Shown piece by piece: positions 1 to 8,427 of a stretch of 64,000 nucleotides of DNA; the stretch's first letter is position 1, and the number at the start of each line of letters is the position of its first letter. The stretch covers positions 8,166 through 72,165 of the forward strand of contig CBIHLF010000024.1 in the NCBI GenBank assembly GCA_966210435.1, given 5' to 3'. The DNA comes from an uncultured Pseudomonas sp. (lineage in GTDB: Bacteria; Pseudomonadota; Gammaproteobacteria; Pseudomonadales; Pseudomonadaceae). The notes below the pieces were generated by a model, which saw only the letters and a list, made by a program, of their open reading frames with translations, had not been told where the DNA came from and ran no database searches. A program made the position numbers and the translations under genes.

Positions 1-760
1 GAGGCAGGTCGGCCTGGTCGAGCAGTTCATCGATGCGCGCGCGGCGGGGCAGCCATTGCGCTTCTGGCATGTCGGCGCGGGCTTCGTGCTCCAGGGCCTT
101 GAGCAGACTGTGCAGTTGCAACTGCGGCTGCACCGACCAGTTCAGCTGGATCAGGCCTTCGAGCAGGTCGTCTTGTTGTTCGTCGCGTAGAAAGCGGTCG
201 GCCAGGTCGAGATCCAGTGCATCACGGGCATTGATGCTGCTGGCGGTCAGGCCGAGAAACAACCCGAGCTTGCCCGGCAGGCGTGCGAGGAACCAACTGC
301 CGCCGACATCCGGATACAGGCCGATATTGATCTCCGGCATGCCCAGACGGCTGCTCGGGGTGACGATACGCACGCTTGCGCCCTGCATCAGGCCCATGCC
401 GCCGCCGAGCACGTGGCCATGGGCCCAGCAGATCAGCGGTTTCGGGTAGGTATGGATGCGGTGGTCTAGGCGGTATTCGTCGGCGAAGAAGCGCCGCGCC
501 AGAGGCGGTACTTCGCCCGGGTGTTCGCGGCATTGCTGGGCCAGTTGCACCACATCGCCGCCAGCGCAGAAGGCTTTGGGGCCGTTGCCACGCAGCAGCA
601 CGCAGGCGATCGAGGGATCCTCTGCCCAGGCTTTGAGTTTGGCGTCCAGCGCCTCGATCATCGGCAGCGACAGGGCGTTCAGGCTTTTCTCGGCATCCAG
701 GCTGGCGACGCCGATGCGCAGGCCGTGCAGGCTATGGTGTTCTTCGAACAGTACGTTCAT
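1..760 (-). CDS. 3-hydroxyisobutyryl-CoA hydrolase-like protein (crotonase superfamily); N-terminal part only, C-terminus lies beyond the window start
   Basis: Absent from the ORF track because it runs off the edge. My minus-strand translation from ATG 758-760 reads MNVLFEEHHSLHGLRIGVASLDAEKSLNALSLPMIEALDAKLKAWAEDPSIACVLLRGNGPKAFCAGGDVV...HGHVLGGGMGLMQGASVRIVTPSSRLGMPEINIGLYPDVGGSWFL. The frame stays open to base 2. It sits in an operon with ECH, ACAD and MMSDH genes. Confidence 0.8.
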   Translation of the reverse strand, partial: MNVLFEEHHSLHGLRIGVASLDAEKSLNALSLPMIEALDAKLKAWAEDPSIACVLLRGNGPKAFCAGGDVVQLAQQCREHPGEVPPLARRFFADEYRLDHRIHTYPKPLICWAHGHVLGGGMGLMQGASVRIVTPSSRLGMPEINIGLYPDVGGSWFLARLPGKLGLFLGLTASSINARDALDLDLADRFLRDEQQDDLLEGLIQLNWSVQPQLQLHSLLKALEHEARADMPEAQWLPRRARIDELLDQADLP

Positions 761-773
761 GGTGCGGGTTCCT

Positions 774-796
774 GGTGCGCACGGCGCACCCTAGGG
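774..796. repeat. REP-type palindromic unit GGTGCGCACGGCGCACCCTAGGG
   Basis: 7-bp stem GGTGCGC/GCGCACC with a 3-nt loop, in the 44-nt gap between two operon genes. Same unit as at 1653-1703 and 52404-52483. Confidence 0.7.
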
Positions 797-804
797 GAGT
801 CGGG

Positions 805-1623
805 TTATTTATTGCGCCACTGCGGTTCGCGCTTTTCCAGAAAGGCGTTGACGCCCTCGCGGGTATCGTCGGCGTCGAACAGGTCGACGAAGCGCTCGCG
901 TTCCTCGCTCAGCCAGGTGTTCGGACTACGCTCGCGAGCGCCCTGAATCAGCGGTTTGATCGTGCGTACCGCCACCGGGCTCTGTCGTGCCACCTTGGCC
1001 GCCAGCAGCAGCGCATGGCCGCGTGCTTCGCCGCTATCCACCACTTGTTCGACCAGGCCGATACGCAGCGCGGTTTCCGCATCCAGGCGTTCGCCGCAAA
1101 GGATCATGCGTTTGGCCCAACCTTCACCGACCAGCCAGGCCAGGTTCTGTGTGCCCCCCGCGCAGGGCAGCAGGCCCACGGTGGCTTCCGGCAGGGCCAT
1201 CTGCGCGTGGCGCTCGGCGATGCGGATGTCACAGGCCAGCGCGCATTCCAGGCCACCGCCCATGGCATAACCGTTGATCGCTGCCATCGATACACCGCGG
1301 AAATCCCGCAGCGCTTCGAAGGCTTCGCCGAAACGCCTGGCCATATCGCGTGCGCGGGCCTTGTCGCCATCGGCGAACAGCTTGAGGTCGGCGCCGGCGC
1401 TGAAGAACTTGCCGCCCTGGCCGGTAATCACCAGGGCGTAGATGTCGTCGTCGCGGTTGAGGTGTTCGAGCAGTTGCTTGAGACCGATCAGCGAGTCGTG
1501 GTCCCAGGTATTGGCCGGCGGCTGGTTGATGGTGATCAGCGCGGTGTGGCCGTGCTTCTCAACGGTGAGCTTGTGGGTCAGGTCGAAGATACCGGGATGG
1601 TAGGGTTCGATGGCGTGGCTCAT
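805..1623 (-). CDS. enoyl-CoA hydratase/isomerase family protein (272 aa)
   Basis: Track ORF 805..1698 trimmed to MSHAIEPYHPGIF (ATG 1621-1623). Crotonase motifs are present: FFSAGADLK, INGYAMGGGLECALACDIRIA. Confidence 0.85.
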   Translation of the reverse strand: MSHAIEPYHPGIFDLTHKLTVEKHGHTALITINQPPANTWDHDSLIGLKQLLEHLNRDDDIYALVITGQGGKFFSAGADLKLFADGDKARARDMARRFGEAFEALRDFRGVSMAAINGYAMGGGLECALACDIRIAERHAQMALPEATVGLLPCAGGTQNLAWLVGEGWAKRMILCGERLDAETALRIGLVEQVVDSGEARGHALLLAAKVARQSPVAVRTIKPLIQGARERSPNTWLSEERERFVDLFDADDTREGVNAFLEKREPQWRNK

Positions 1624-1652
1624 AAGTGTCCTCGTGTCATTGGCTGGGTCGC

Positions 1653-1703
1653 GTAGGGTGCGCTGTGCGCACCGAGGCGAATGGTGCGCATGGCGCACCC
1701 TAC
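1653..1703. repeat. inverted pair of REP units (GTAGGGTGCGCTGTGCGCACC ... GGTGCGCATGGCGCACCCTAC)
   Basis: Two about 21-nt units in opposite orientation, separated by 9 nt. The right unit contains the TAG stop (1700-1702) of the acyl-CoA dehydrogenase gene. Confidence 0.75.
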
Positions 1704-2866
1704 AGTAGGCGATCGAGCATGCCTCCTTGGTCGAGCAGGCGGCGGGCGATGATCACCCGCATGATCTCGTTGGTGCCTTCGAGAATCTGATGCACGCGGC
1801 TGTCGCGTACCCAGCGTTCCAACGGGTAATCATTTAGATAACCGTAGCCGCCATGCAGTTGCAGCGCCTCATTGCACAGGTTGAAACAATGGTCGGTGGC
1901 GAAACGCTTGGCCATGGCGCAGTACAGGCTGGCTTCGCTGTGTTGGTGATCGAGCTTGTGCGCGGCCAGGCGCACCATCTGCCGGCTGGCGGTGAGGTCG
2001 GTGAGCATGTCGGCCAGCTTGAATTGCAGGGACTGGAAATCGCTGAGCGGTTTGCCGAACTGCTTGCGCTCCTCGACGTAGCGCAACGATTGCTCCAGCG
2101 CCGCCTGGGCCGCACCCAGCGAGCAACTGGCGATATTGATACGGCCGCCGTCCAGGCCCTTCATCGCATAAACGAAGCCCTGGCCCTCCGGGCCGATGCG
2201 GTTGCCGGCGGGAATGCGTACGCCTTCGAAGGTGATGGTGCGGGTCGGTTGCGCGCGCCAGCCCATCTTCAGTTCGTTGCGCCCGTATTTGACGCCCTCG
2301 GCGTCGGCCGGTACCAGGAAGCAGGACACGCCCTTGGCGCCGCTGTCCTCGCCGGTGCGCGCCATGACGATCAGCACATCGGTGCTGCCGGCGCCGGAGA
2401 TAAAGCATTTGCTGCCATCGAGCACATAGTCGTCGCCCTCTCGTTTGGCGCGGGTGCGCAGGTGGGCGGCGTCGGAGCCGGCGTCCGGCTCGGTCAGGCA
2501 GTAGGAGGCGAGCAGTTCGCCGCTGACCAGGCGCGGCAACCAGGCGTCTTTCAAGGCCTGGTCGGCGAAGGAGGCGAGCATCCACGACGCCATGTTGTGG
2601 ATGGTGAGGAAGGCCGTGGTGGCGATGCAGCCGGCCGCCAGCTGTTCGAAGATCAGCGAAGCGGACAGCCGGGAAAGCCCCAGGCCACCGTCGTCTTCAT
2701 TGATATACAGGGCCAGGTAGCCCTGCTCGGCGGCGCGCTTGATCACCTCCACCGGGAAATGGTGGTCTCGGTCCCAGTCGGCGGCATGCGGCGCCAGTTC
2801 TCGGCTGGCGAATTGGCGGGCGCTGTCTACCAGCAGGCGTTGTTCATCGCTGAGTTCGAAGTCCAT
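1700..2866 (-). CDS. acyl-CoA dehydrogenase (isobutyryl-CoA dehydrogenase-like, 388 aa)
   Basis: Track ORF. ACAD signatures CLTEPDAGSD and QLHGGYGYLNDYPLERWVRDSRVHQILEGTNEIM. Confidence 0.9.
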   Translation of the reverse strand: MDFELSDEQRLLVDSARQFASRELAPHAADWDRDHHFPVEVIKRAAEQGYLALYINEDDGGLGLSRLSASLIFEQLAAGCIATTAFLTIHNMASWMLASFADQALKDAWLPRLVSGELLASYCLTEPDAGSDAAHLRTRAKREGDDYVLDGSKCFISGAGSTDVLIVMARTGEDSGAKGVSCFLVPADAEGVKYGRNELKMGWRAQPTRTITFEGVRIPAGNRIGPEGQGFVYAMKGLDGGRINIASCSLGAAQAALEQSLRYVEERKQFGKPLSDFQSLQFKLADMLTDLTASRQMVRLAAHKLDHQHSEASLYCAMAKRFATDHCFNLCNEALQLHGGYGYLNDYPLERWVRDSRVHQILEGTNEIMRVIIARRLLDQGGMLDRLL

Positions 2867-2872
2867 AAGTCC

Positions 2873-4120
2873 TCATTGCAGGGTCGGGGGTTGCCCAGCG
2901 GCGCGTCGCTCGGCCTGCCACTGGGCGAGGTCGGGCGAAGTCTGGCTGGCGTCGAGACGGTCGACGATCGCAAAGTAGTCCTGCTTGAGCGGGTCCTTGA
3001 GCACCTCGGCGCGGGTCTTCACTTTGACGACGTAGATCGTCTGCGCGTTTTGATGATCGAAGGCACGCCACTCTTGCGGGTCTTTGAGTAACTGATAGCG
3101 GTGGTTTTCCAGTGCTTTGATCAGGGCTTCACTGTCCAGGCTGTGTGCCCGTTCGGCGGCGTCGGCCCACTGGTAAACGATACTGTAGGCCGATGCGGCG
3201 GAACTCGACGGGTACATCTCATAGCGTTCGCTGAAGGCCTTGACGAAGGCTTCGCCGCGTGCGGACTTTTCCAGGGCCGGTACGCGCCAGGTCCAGGGTT
3301 CGGTGCCGATCACGCCTTCCATCAAGCCAGGGCCGGCCTGCTCGACCATGCTCTGGGTCAGATTCGGCGCGACCACCTGCATGCGCGCGGTCAGTCCGAG
3401 GTCCTTGGCGATGCGCATGGCACGCACCAGGTCCTCGCCAAACAACACCAGCACCAGCACATCGGCCTTGCTCGACGCGGCCTGGGTCAGGGCCTTGGTG
3501 TAGTCGGCCAGGCGCGCGCCGGGGAAGGGTACCTTGGCTCCCGGGTGTTTGCCGGTGTCGCCGCTGTTGGTGGTCTGGCGCAATGAGCTTTCGGTGGTGT
3601 GGCCCCAGGTGTAGTCGGAGGTGACGTAGAAGTAGTTCTTGTTCGGCAGGTTTTTGCTCAGGTACTGGCCGAGGGCGTGGGCGCTCATCCAGGCATTGTT
3701 GCACTCGCGGAACATGTAGCGATGGCCGTCCTTGCCGGTGGTGTCGTTGGAGTAGGTAAGGGTACCGAAGTAGAGCACGCCCAACTCGCCGGCCCGCTTG
3801 CTCGAGGCGATCGCCACCGCGCTGGAGGAACCACCGAACAGCATCGCGGCATTGTCGGCTACCAGCTTGTCGACATTGCGCACTGCTTTTGCCGGTCGCG
3901 AGGCGGTGTCCTTGCTGGCCAGGCGCAGCTTGCGGCCGAGCACGCCGCCCTGGGCGTTCAGTTCGTCGATGGCCAGGATGGCTGCGCGCATCTGGGCGAG
4001 TCCCTCTTCCTTGTACGGGCCGGTGCGCGGGTAGTTGAGCCCGAGGGTGATCGGGTCAGCGGCCTGCGCACAGGCAATAATCCCGGCCCACAGGGCCAGG
4101 GTGGCAGTTAGTCGTTGCAT
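2873..4120 (-). CDS. periplasmic substrate-binding protein, type-1 PBP (Leu/Ile/Val-binding-like ABC SBP family), 415 aa
   Basis: Signal peptide MQRLTATLALWAGIIACAQA. Motifs LGLNYPRTGPYKEEGLAQMRAAILAIDELNAQGGVLGR are typical of LivJ-type SBPs. Paralog of the next gene. Confidence 0.8.
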   Translation of the reverse strand: MQRLTATLALWAGIIACAQAADPITLGLNYPRTGPYKEEGLAQMRAAILAIDELNAQGGVLGRKLRLASKDTASRPAKAVRNVDKLVADNAAMLFGGSSSAVAIASSKRAGELGVLYFGTLTYSNDTTGKDGHRYMFRECNNAWMSAHALGQYLSKNLPNKNYFYVTSDYTWGHTTESSLRQTTNSGDTGKHPGAKVPFPGARLADYTKALTQAASSKADVLVLVLFGEDLVRAMRIAKDLGLTARMQVVAPNLTQSMVEQAGPGLMEGVIGTEPWTWRVPALEKSARGEAFVKAFSERYEMYPSSSAASAYSIVYQWADAAERAHSLDSEALIKALENHRYQLLKDPQEWRAFDHQNAQTIYVVKVKTRAEVLKDPLKQDYFAIVDRLDASQTSPDLAQWQAERRAAGQPPTLQ

Positions 4121-4166
4121 GGCAGCTCTCCTCGTTTTTGTTATGGCTGAGAAGAGTTTTACGCCA

Positions 4167-4200
4167 TTAGACCTATTGTTGAGATCGTCTTTTGGTCTAA
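4167..4200. promoter_or_regulatory. inverted repeat TTAGACC-N20-GGTCTAA in the AT-richer spacer upstream of the first SBP gene
   Basis: Read directly from the sequence. It lies 47-80 nt upstream of the ATG at 4120 (minus strand). No cognate regulator is identified. Confidence 0.25.
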
Positions 4201-4273
4201 CAGGCCCCTCAAAAGCCCTGCATCGTCAGATCCTCCCGGCCGCTACGCCGAGCGTTCAGTACGTTATAAATCC

Positions 4274-5527
4274 TTATTGCAAAGTAATTGGCTGGCCGGC
4301 CGCGCGGCGTTCGGCTTGCCATTCGGCAAGTGGCGGGGCGGCCTGATCGCCGCTCATGCTGTCGACGATTTCGAAATAACCCTGCTTGAATTGGTCCTTC
4401 ATCACCTCGTCGCGCGACTTGACCTTTACGGCGTAGATGGTCTGCACGTTCTGGTGATCGAAGGCGCGCCATTCCTGCTCGCCCTTCAATAGACTATAGC
4501 GGTGGCCTTCCAGGGCTTTGATCAGGGCTTCGCTGGCGAAGCTGTTGGCCCGCCTCGCCGCGTCGGCCCACTGGTAGATAATGCTGTAGGCCGAGGCGGC
4601 GGCGCTGGACGGGTACATTTCATAGCGCTCGATGAAGTTTTTGACGAAGGCCATGCCGGTTGCGGAGTTCTCCAGCTCGGGCACCCGCCAGGTCCAGGAT
4701 TCGGTACCGATCACGCCTTGCATCACGCCGGGGCCGGCATCCTCGATCATGCTCTGGGTCAGATTGGGCACCACGATCTGCATGCGTTTGTTCAGGCCCA
4801 GGTGATGGACGATCCGCATGGCATGCACCATTTCTTCGCCGAACAGGATCAAGGCGAGCACCTCGGCGTCACTTGCCGCAGCCCGGGTCAGCGCGTCCTG
4901 ATAGTCGGACATGTGCGCACCGGGGAAGGGGACTTTGGCGCTGGGGTGAAGGGCTCCGTTGCTGCTGGCAGTGGCCTGGCGCAAGTCGTTCTCGGTGGTC
5001 AGGCCCCAGGTGTTGTTGGAGGTGACATAGAAGTAGCGCTTGTCCGGCAGGTTCTTGCTCAGGTACTGGCCGAGTACGCGGGCGCTCATCGAGGCGCTGT
5101 TGCACTCGCGGAATAGGTAGCGGTGGCCGTCCTTGCCGGTGGTTTCATCGGAGTAGCTCAGGGCGCCGAAGTAGAGCAGGCCGCGTTCCTTGGCCCGCTT
5201 GCCGGCGGCGCTGGAACTGGAGGAACCGCCAGAGCCGCCGAAGAGCATCACCGCGCCTTCGTTGGCCAACTCGTCGACGTTGTGCACGGTTTTTTCCGGG
5301 CGCGATGCGTCGTCCCGACTGGAAAGTCGGAGCGGTCGGCCGAGCACGCCGCCTTGGGCATTCAGCTCGTCGATGGCAAGTAGAGCGCCACGCATCTGTG
5401 CCAATCCCTCTTCCTTATAAGTGCCGGTGTGCGGATAGTTGAGCCCGAGGGTTACGGGATCGGAGGCTTGCGCACACGTGTTAAGCCCTGCCCAGCAGAC
5501 CAAAGTGGCAAGGGTTTTCGATTTCAT
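4274..5527 (-). CDS. periplasmic substrate-binding protein, type-1 PBP, tandem paralog (417 aa)
   Basis: Signal peptide MKSKTLATLVCWAGLNTCAQA. Collinear with 2873..4120 along its whole length, with roughly two thirds of positions identical by eye. The C-terminal tail matches closely (WQAERRAAGQPITLQ versus ...QPPTLQ). Confidence 0.8.
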   Translation of the reverse strand: MKSKTLATLVCWAGLNTCAQASDPVTLGLNYPHTGTYKEEGLAQMRGALLAIDELNAQGGVLGRPLRLSSRDDASRPEKTVHNVDELANEGAVMLFGGSGGSSSSSAAGKRAKERGLLYFGALSYSDETTGKDGHRYLFRECNSASMSARVLGQYLSKNLPDKRYFYVTSNNTWGLTTENDLRQATASSNGALHPSAKVPFPGAHMSDYQDALTRAAASDAEVLALILFGEEMVHAMRIVHHLGLNKRMQIVVPNLTQSMIEDAGPGVMQGVIGTESWTWRVPELENSATGMAFVKNFIERYEMYPSSAAASAYSIIYQWADAARRANSFASEALIKALEGHRYSLLKGEQEWRAFDHQNVQTIYAVKVKSRDEVMKDQFKQGYFEIVDSMSGDQAAPPLAEWQAERRAAGQPITLQ

Positions 5528-5533
5528 AAAAGT

Positions 5534-5561
5534 GCTCCCCGTTGTGGTTGTCGAGGGGAGC
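5534..5561 (-). promoter_or_regulatory. hairpin able to sequester the Shine-Dalgarno site of the second SBP gene
   Basis: The minus-strand RNA reads GCUCCCC-UCGACAACCACAAC-GGGGAGC-ACUUUU-AUG. The 3' arm GGGGAGC is the only SD-like element upstream of ATG 5527. Confidence 0.35.
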
Positions 5562-5757
5562 GCTTGTACGCTGTAACCTATATTCGTCGCATCTCATTTG
5601 TCCCAAAGCTGCGAACCATCGCACTTGCCACGCGCAAGCTTGTACGTTCGTGCCTGACTTGTGTGCGAAAAACGGTTGATTCGATCGTTCTGCCAACCCC
5701 CGGTGGGCGCTGCCGCTAAGCTGAAACGCCGTGCCAGAATTGCTCGCGTGTCTGCTT

Positions 5758-7266
5758 TCATTTCAACTGGATGGTCATGTTCGGCCCTGCCGGCACTGCG
5801 GCGTTGAGCGCATCCTCGTCGAACCAGCGGCTGGTGACCGTCTTGGTTTCGGTGAAGAAGCGCACGCCCTGTTTGCCATAGGCATGCAGATCACCATAGA
5901 ACGAGCCTTTCCAGCCGGTGAAGGAGAAGAACGGCAGGGGCACCGGTACCGGCACGTTGATGCCGACCTGGCCGACTTCAACCGCGTGCTGGTAGTGGCG
6001 CGCCGCGCCGCCCGCTCGGGTAAAGATCGAGGTGCCGTTGCCGTAGGGGCTGGCGTTGACCAGTTCGATCGCCTGCTCCAGGGTCTCGACCTCCATGCAC
6101 ACTAGTACCGGGCCGAAGATTTCCTCGCGGTACAGGCCCATCTTGCTGGTCACCCCGCGGAACAGGGTCGGCCCCAGCCAGTTGCCGTTCGGGTAGCCCT
6201 CGACCGTGCACTGCGAACCATCGAGCAGGCATTCGGCGCCTTCAGCCTTGCCCTCGGCGATCAGGCGCAGCACCCGTTGTTTCGCTTGCTGGCTGATCAG
6301 CGGACCGAAGGCGGCATGGCCATCGGTCCAGTAGCCGGGTTGCAGGTCGGCCATCTGCCCGCGCAATTCCTCGATCCACTGCTTGGACTCGCCGACGAAC
6401 ACCGCCACGCTGATCGCCATGCAGCGCTGCCCGGCGGCACCGCAGCTGGCGCCGACCAGATTGCTCAACACCTGCTGCTTGTTGGCGTCGGGCATGATCA
6501 CCATATGGTTCTTGGCCCCGGCGAAGGCCTGTACGCGCTTCAGGTGGGCGGTGCCGGTGCGGTAGATGTGCTGGCCGACCGGCACCGAACCGACGAAGGA
6601 AATCGCGCGGATATCCGGGTGGGTCAGCAGGCTGTCGACCACCTCGCGGGCGCCGTGCAACACCTGCAGCACGCCCTTGGGCGCGCCGGCTTCGATAAAC
6701 AGCTCGGCCAGGCGGTTCGGCGTCAACGGATCCTGTTCGGACGGCTTGAGGATAAAGGTGTTGCCGGCGGCGATGGCCAGGGGAAACATCCACAGCGGAA
6801 TCATCGCCGGGAAGTTGAACGGGGTGATGCCGACGCATACACCGAGCGGCTGGATCCAGCTGCTGGTGTCGATATCGCGGGCCACGTTTTCCACGGTCTC
6901 GCCCATCATCAGGCTGGCGATATTGCAGGCCTGCTCCACCACCTCTATCCCGCGCCAGACGTCACCCTTGGCGTCGGCCAGGGTCTTGCCGGTTTCCCCA
7001 GCGAGAATTTCCGCCAGCTCGTCATGGTGTTCCTTGAGTAGATGCTGATAACGCAGCATCACCCGTGCCCGCTCGGAAACCGGCACTTCGCGCCAAGTCA
7101 GAAACGCCGTCTTGGCGCTGGCGATCGCCGCCTCGATTTCCTCGGCGGTGGCTTTAGGGGCCAGCGCCAGAACCTCCTGGGTCGCCGGATCGGTGACTTC
7201 GATGAATTCGCGGGCGCGGCTTTCGCGCCACTCGCCATCGATCAACTGGGGGATTGCCTTGGCCAT
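5758..7266 (-). CDS. mmsA: CoA-acylating methylmalonate-semialdehyde dehydrogenase family aldehyde dehydrogenase (502 aa)
   Basis: Track ORF. ALDH motifs [28 protein letters not shown] and GAAGQRCMA, plus the MMSDH-typical C-terminal [28 protein letters not shown]. Confidence 0.85.
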   Translation of the reverse strand: MAKAIPQLIDGEWRESRAREFIEVTDPATQEVLALAPKATAEEIEAAIASAKTAFLTWREVPVSERARVMLRYQHLLKEHHDELAEILAGETGKTLADAKGDVWRGIEVVEQACNIASLMMGETVENVARDIDTSSWIQPLGVCVGITPFNFPAMIPLWMFPLAIAAGNTFILKPSEQDPLTPNRLAELFIEAGAPKGVLQVLHGAREVVDSLLTHPDIRAISFVGSVPVGQHIYRTGTAHLKRVQAFAGAKNHMVIMPDANKQQVLSNLVGASCGAAGQRCMAISVAVFVGESKQWIEELRGQMADLQPGYWTDGHAAFGPLISQQAKQRVLRLIAEGKAEGAECLLDGSQCTVEGYPNGNWLGPTLFRGVTSKMGLYREEIFGPVLVCMEVETLEQAIELVNASPYGNGTSIFTRAGGAARHYQHAVEVGQVGINVPVPVPLPFFSFTGWKGSFYGDLHAYGKQGVRFFTETKTVTSRWFDEDALNAAVPAGPNMTIQLK

Positions 7267-7341
7267 TGTGTTCTCCAGGGTGAGCCGCGGGCGGCTTCGG
7301 TGGCTGTTGGTTCAGTGTTATAGCTTCCTCCGAACGCTTTG

Positions 7342-7379
7342 TGGATTGACGATCTTGGCTGCTGGATGGACTATCTTGG
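7342..7379. promoter_or_regulatory. two 17-bp direct repeats, TGGATTGACGATCTTGG and TGGATGGACTATCTTGG, with 21-bp periodicity (candidate AraC-type activator site)
   Basis: 14 of 17 positions are identical. Located in the divergent mmsA-like/AraC intergenic region, 76-113 nt upstream of the mmsA ATG. Confidence 0.4.
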
Positions 7380-7451
7380 GATTCAATCAATGCTAGGAAC
7401 GCGCCTGCGGCTGATCCTGCCCAGCATGCATCCACGCTTATCGGGTGATTC

Positions 7452-8333
7452 ATGGCGGTTGCTGTCGATACTTCAAACTGGCCATTGCCGGTCAACGGCG
7501 TGCGCTTCATCACGCCGCCGAGGCTGCGCCGGCTGTTGATCAAACACCCATTGGCCATGGGCTGTTATCCGCTGGCCCTGGGTTTCTATCCGGACGCGCG
7601 CGGGCATCGCATGGCGCGCCCGCTGCCGGACGATCATCTGCTGATCTACTGCCGCTCGGGCAGAGGCTGGCTGGACACCGCGGATGGACGATTAGCTGTT
7701 GGCGGTGGCGATCTGCTGTTATTGCCCAAGGGGCTCGCCCATGCCTACGGCGCGGATGCGCACAAGCCCTGGACGCTGTACTGGATACATTTCGATGGCG
7801 ACCTGGTGGCTGATTTTCTCCGCCCGCTGGGCAAGGGGCCTTTGTGGCGCATCGGCGTGCAGCCGCGCCTGCTGGCCGAATTCGATGCCTTGCTCAACGT
7901 GCGCAAGCAGGGGCTGAGCCTGCCCCATTTCATCCACGCGGCTCATCAGTTGCAGGCGCTGCTGACCTCGCTGGCGGTGCTGCCGGCGCGGGCCACGCTG
8001 AAATCCGGACGGGTACTGGATGTCGATGCCGTACAGGCGGTGATGCGCGCCCACCTGCATGACAAATTGAATCTCGATGAGCTGGCCGCGCAGTTCAAAC
8101 TGTCGCGTTTTCACTTCGCCAAGACCTATCGGGCGCTAACCGGGCATGCGCCGATCCAGGACTTTATCCAACTGAAGATGGCCCATGCCTGCCGCCTGCT
8201 CGACGAAGGCGAACAGGGCATTCGTCAAGTCGCCGAACAGCTTGGTTACGAGGATGTGTATTACTTCTCGCGACTGTTTAGCAAAGTGGTGGGCATGGCG
8301 CCGAGTCATTATCGGGCGTTGCACCAGGGTTAA
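7452..8333 (+). CDS. AraC/XylS-family transcriptional regulator, divergent from the mmsA-like operon (293 aa)
   Basis: N-terminal cupin-like ligand domain and C-terminal HTH (LNLDELAAQFKLSRFHFAKTYRALTGHAPIQDFIQLKMAHACRLL...YEDVYYFSRLFSKVVGMAPSHYR). Confidence 0.85.
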   Translation: MAVAVDTSNWPLPVNGVRFITPPRLRRLLIKHPLAMGCYPLALGFYPDARGHRMARPLPDDHLLIYCRSGRGWLDTADGRLAVGGGDLLLLPKGLAHAYGADAHKPWTLYWIHFDGDLVADFLRPLGKGPLWRIGVQPRLLAEFDALLNVRKQGLSLPHFIHAAHQLQALLTSLAVLPARATLKSGRVLDVDAVQAVMRAHLHDKLNLDELAAQFKLSRFHFAKTYRALTGHAPIQDFIQLKMAHACRLLDEGEQGIRQVAEQLGYEDVYYFSRLFSKVVGMAPSHYRALHQG

Positions 8334-8397
8334 TGGGGCTGCGAGCGCCTTGAATGTGGGGGCAATTCGAGAGCGCCCGACGCCTACAGAATCGCTC

Positions 8398-8414
8398 CCC
8401 GGATTGCATCCGGG
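8398..8414. terminator. short GC hairpin CCCGGAT-tgc-ATCCGGG between convergent genes (REP-like)
   Basis: 7-bp stem between the AraC gene stop (8333) and the thioesterase stop (8428). No clear U-tract. Confidence 0.35.
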
Positions 8415-8427
8415 CTACTCTGCGGCG

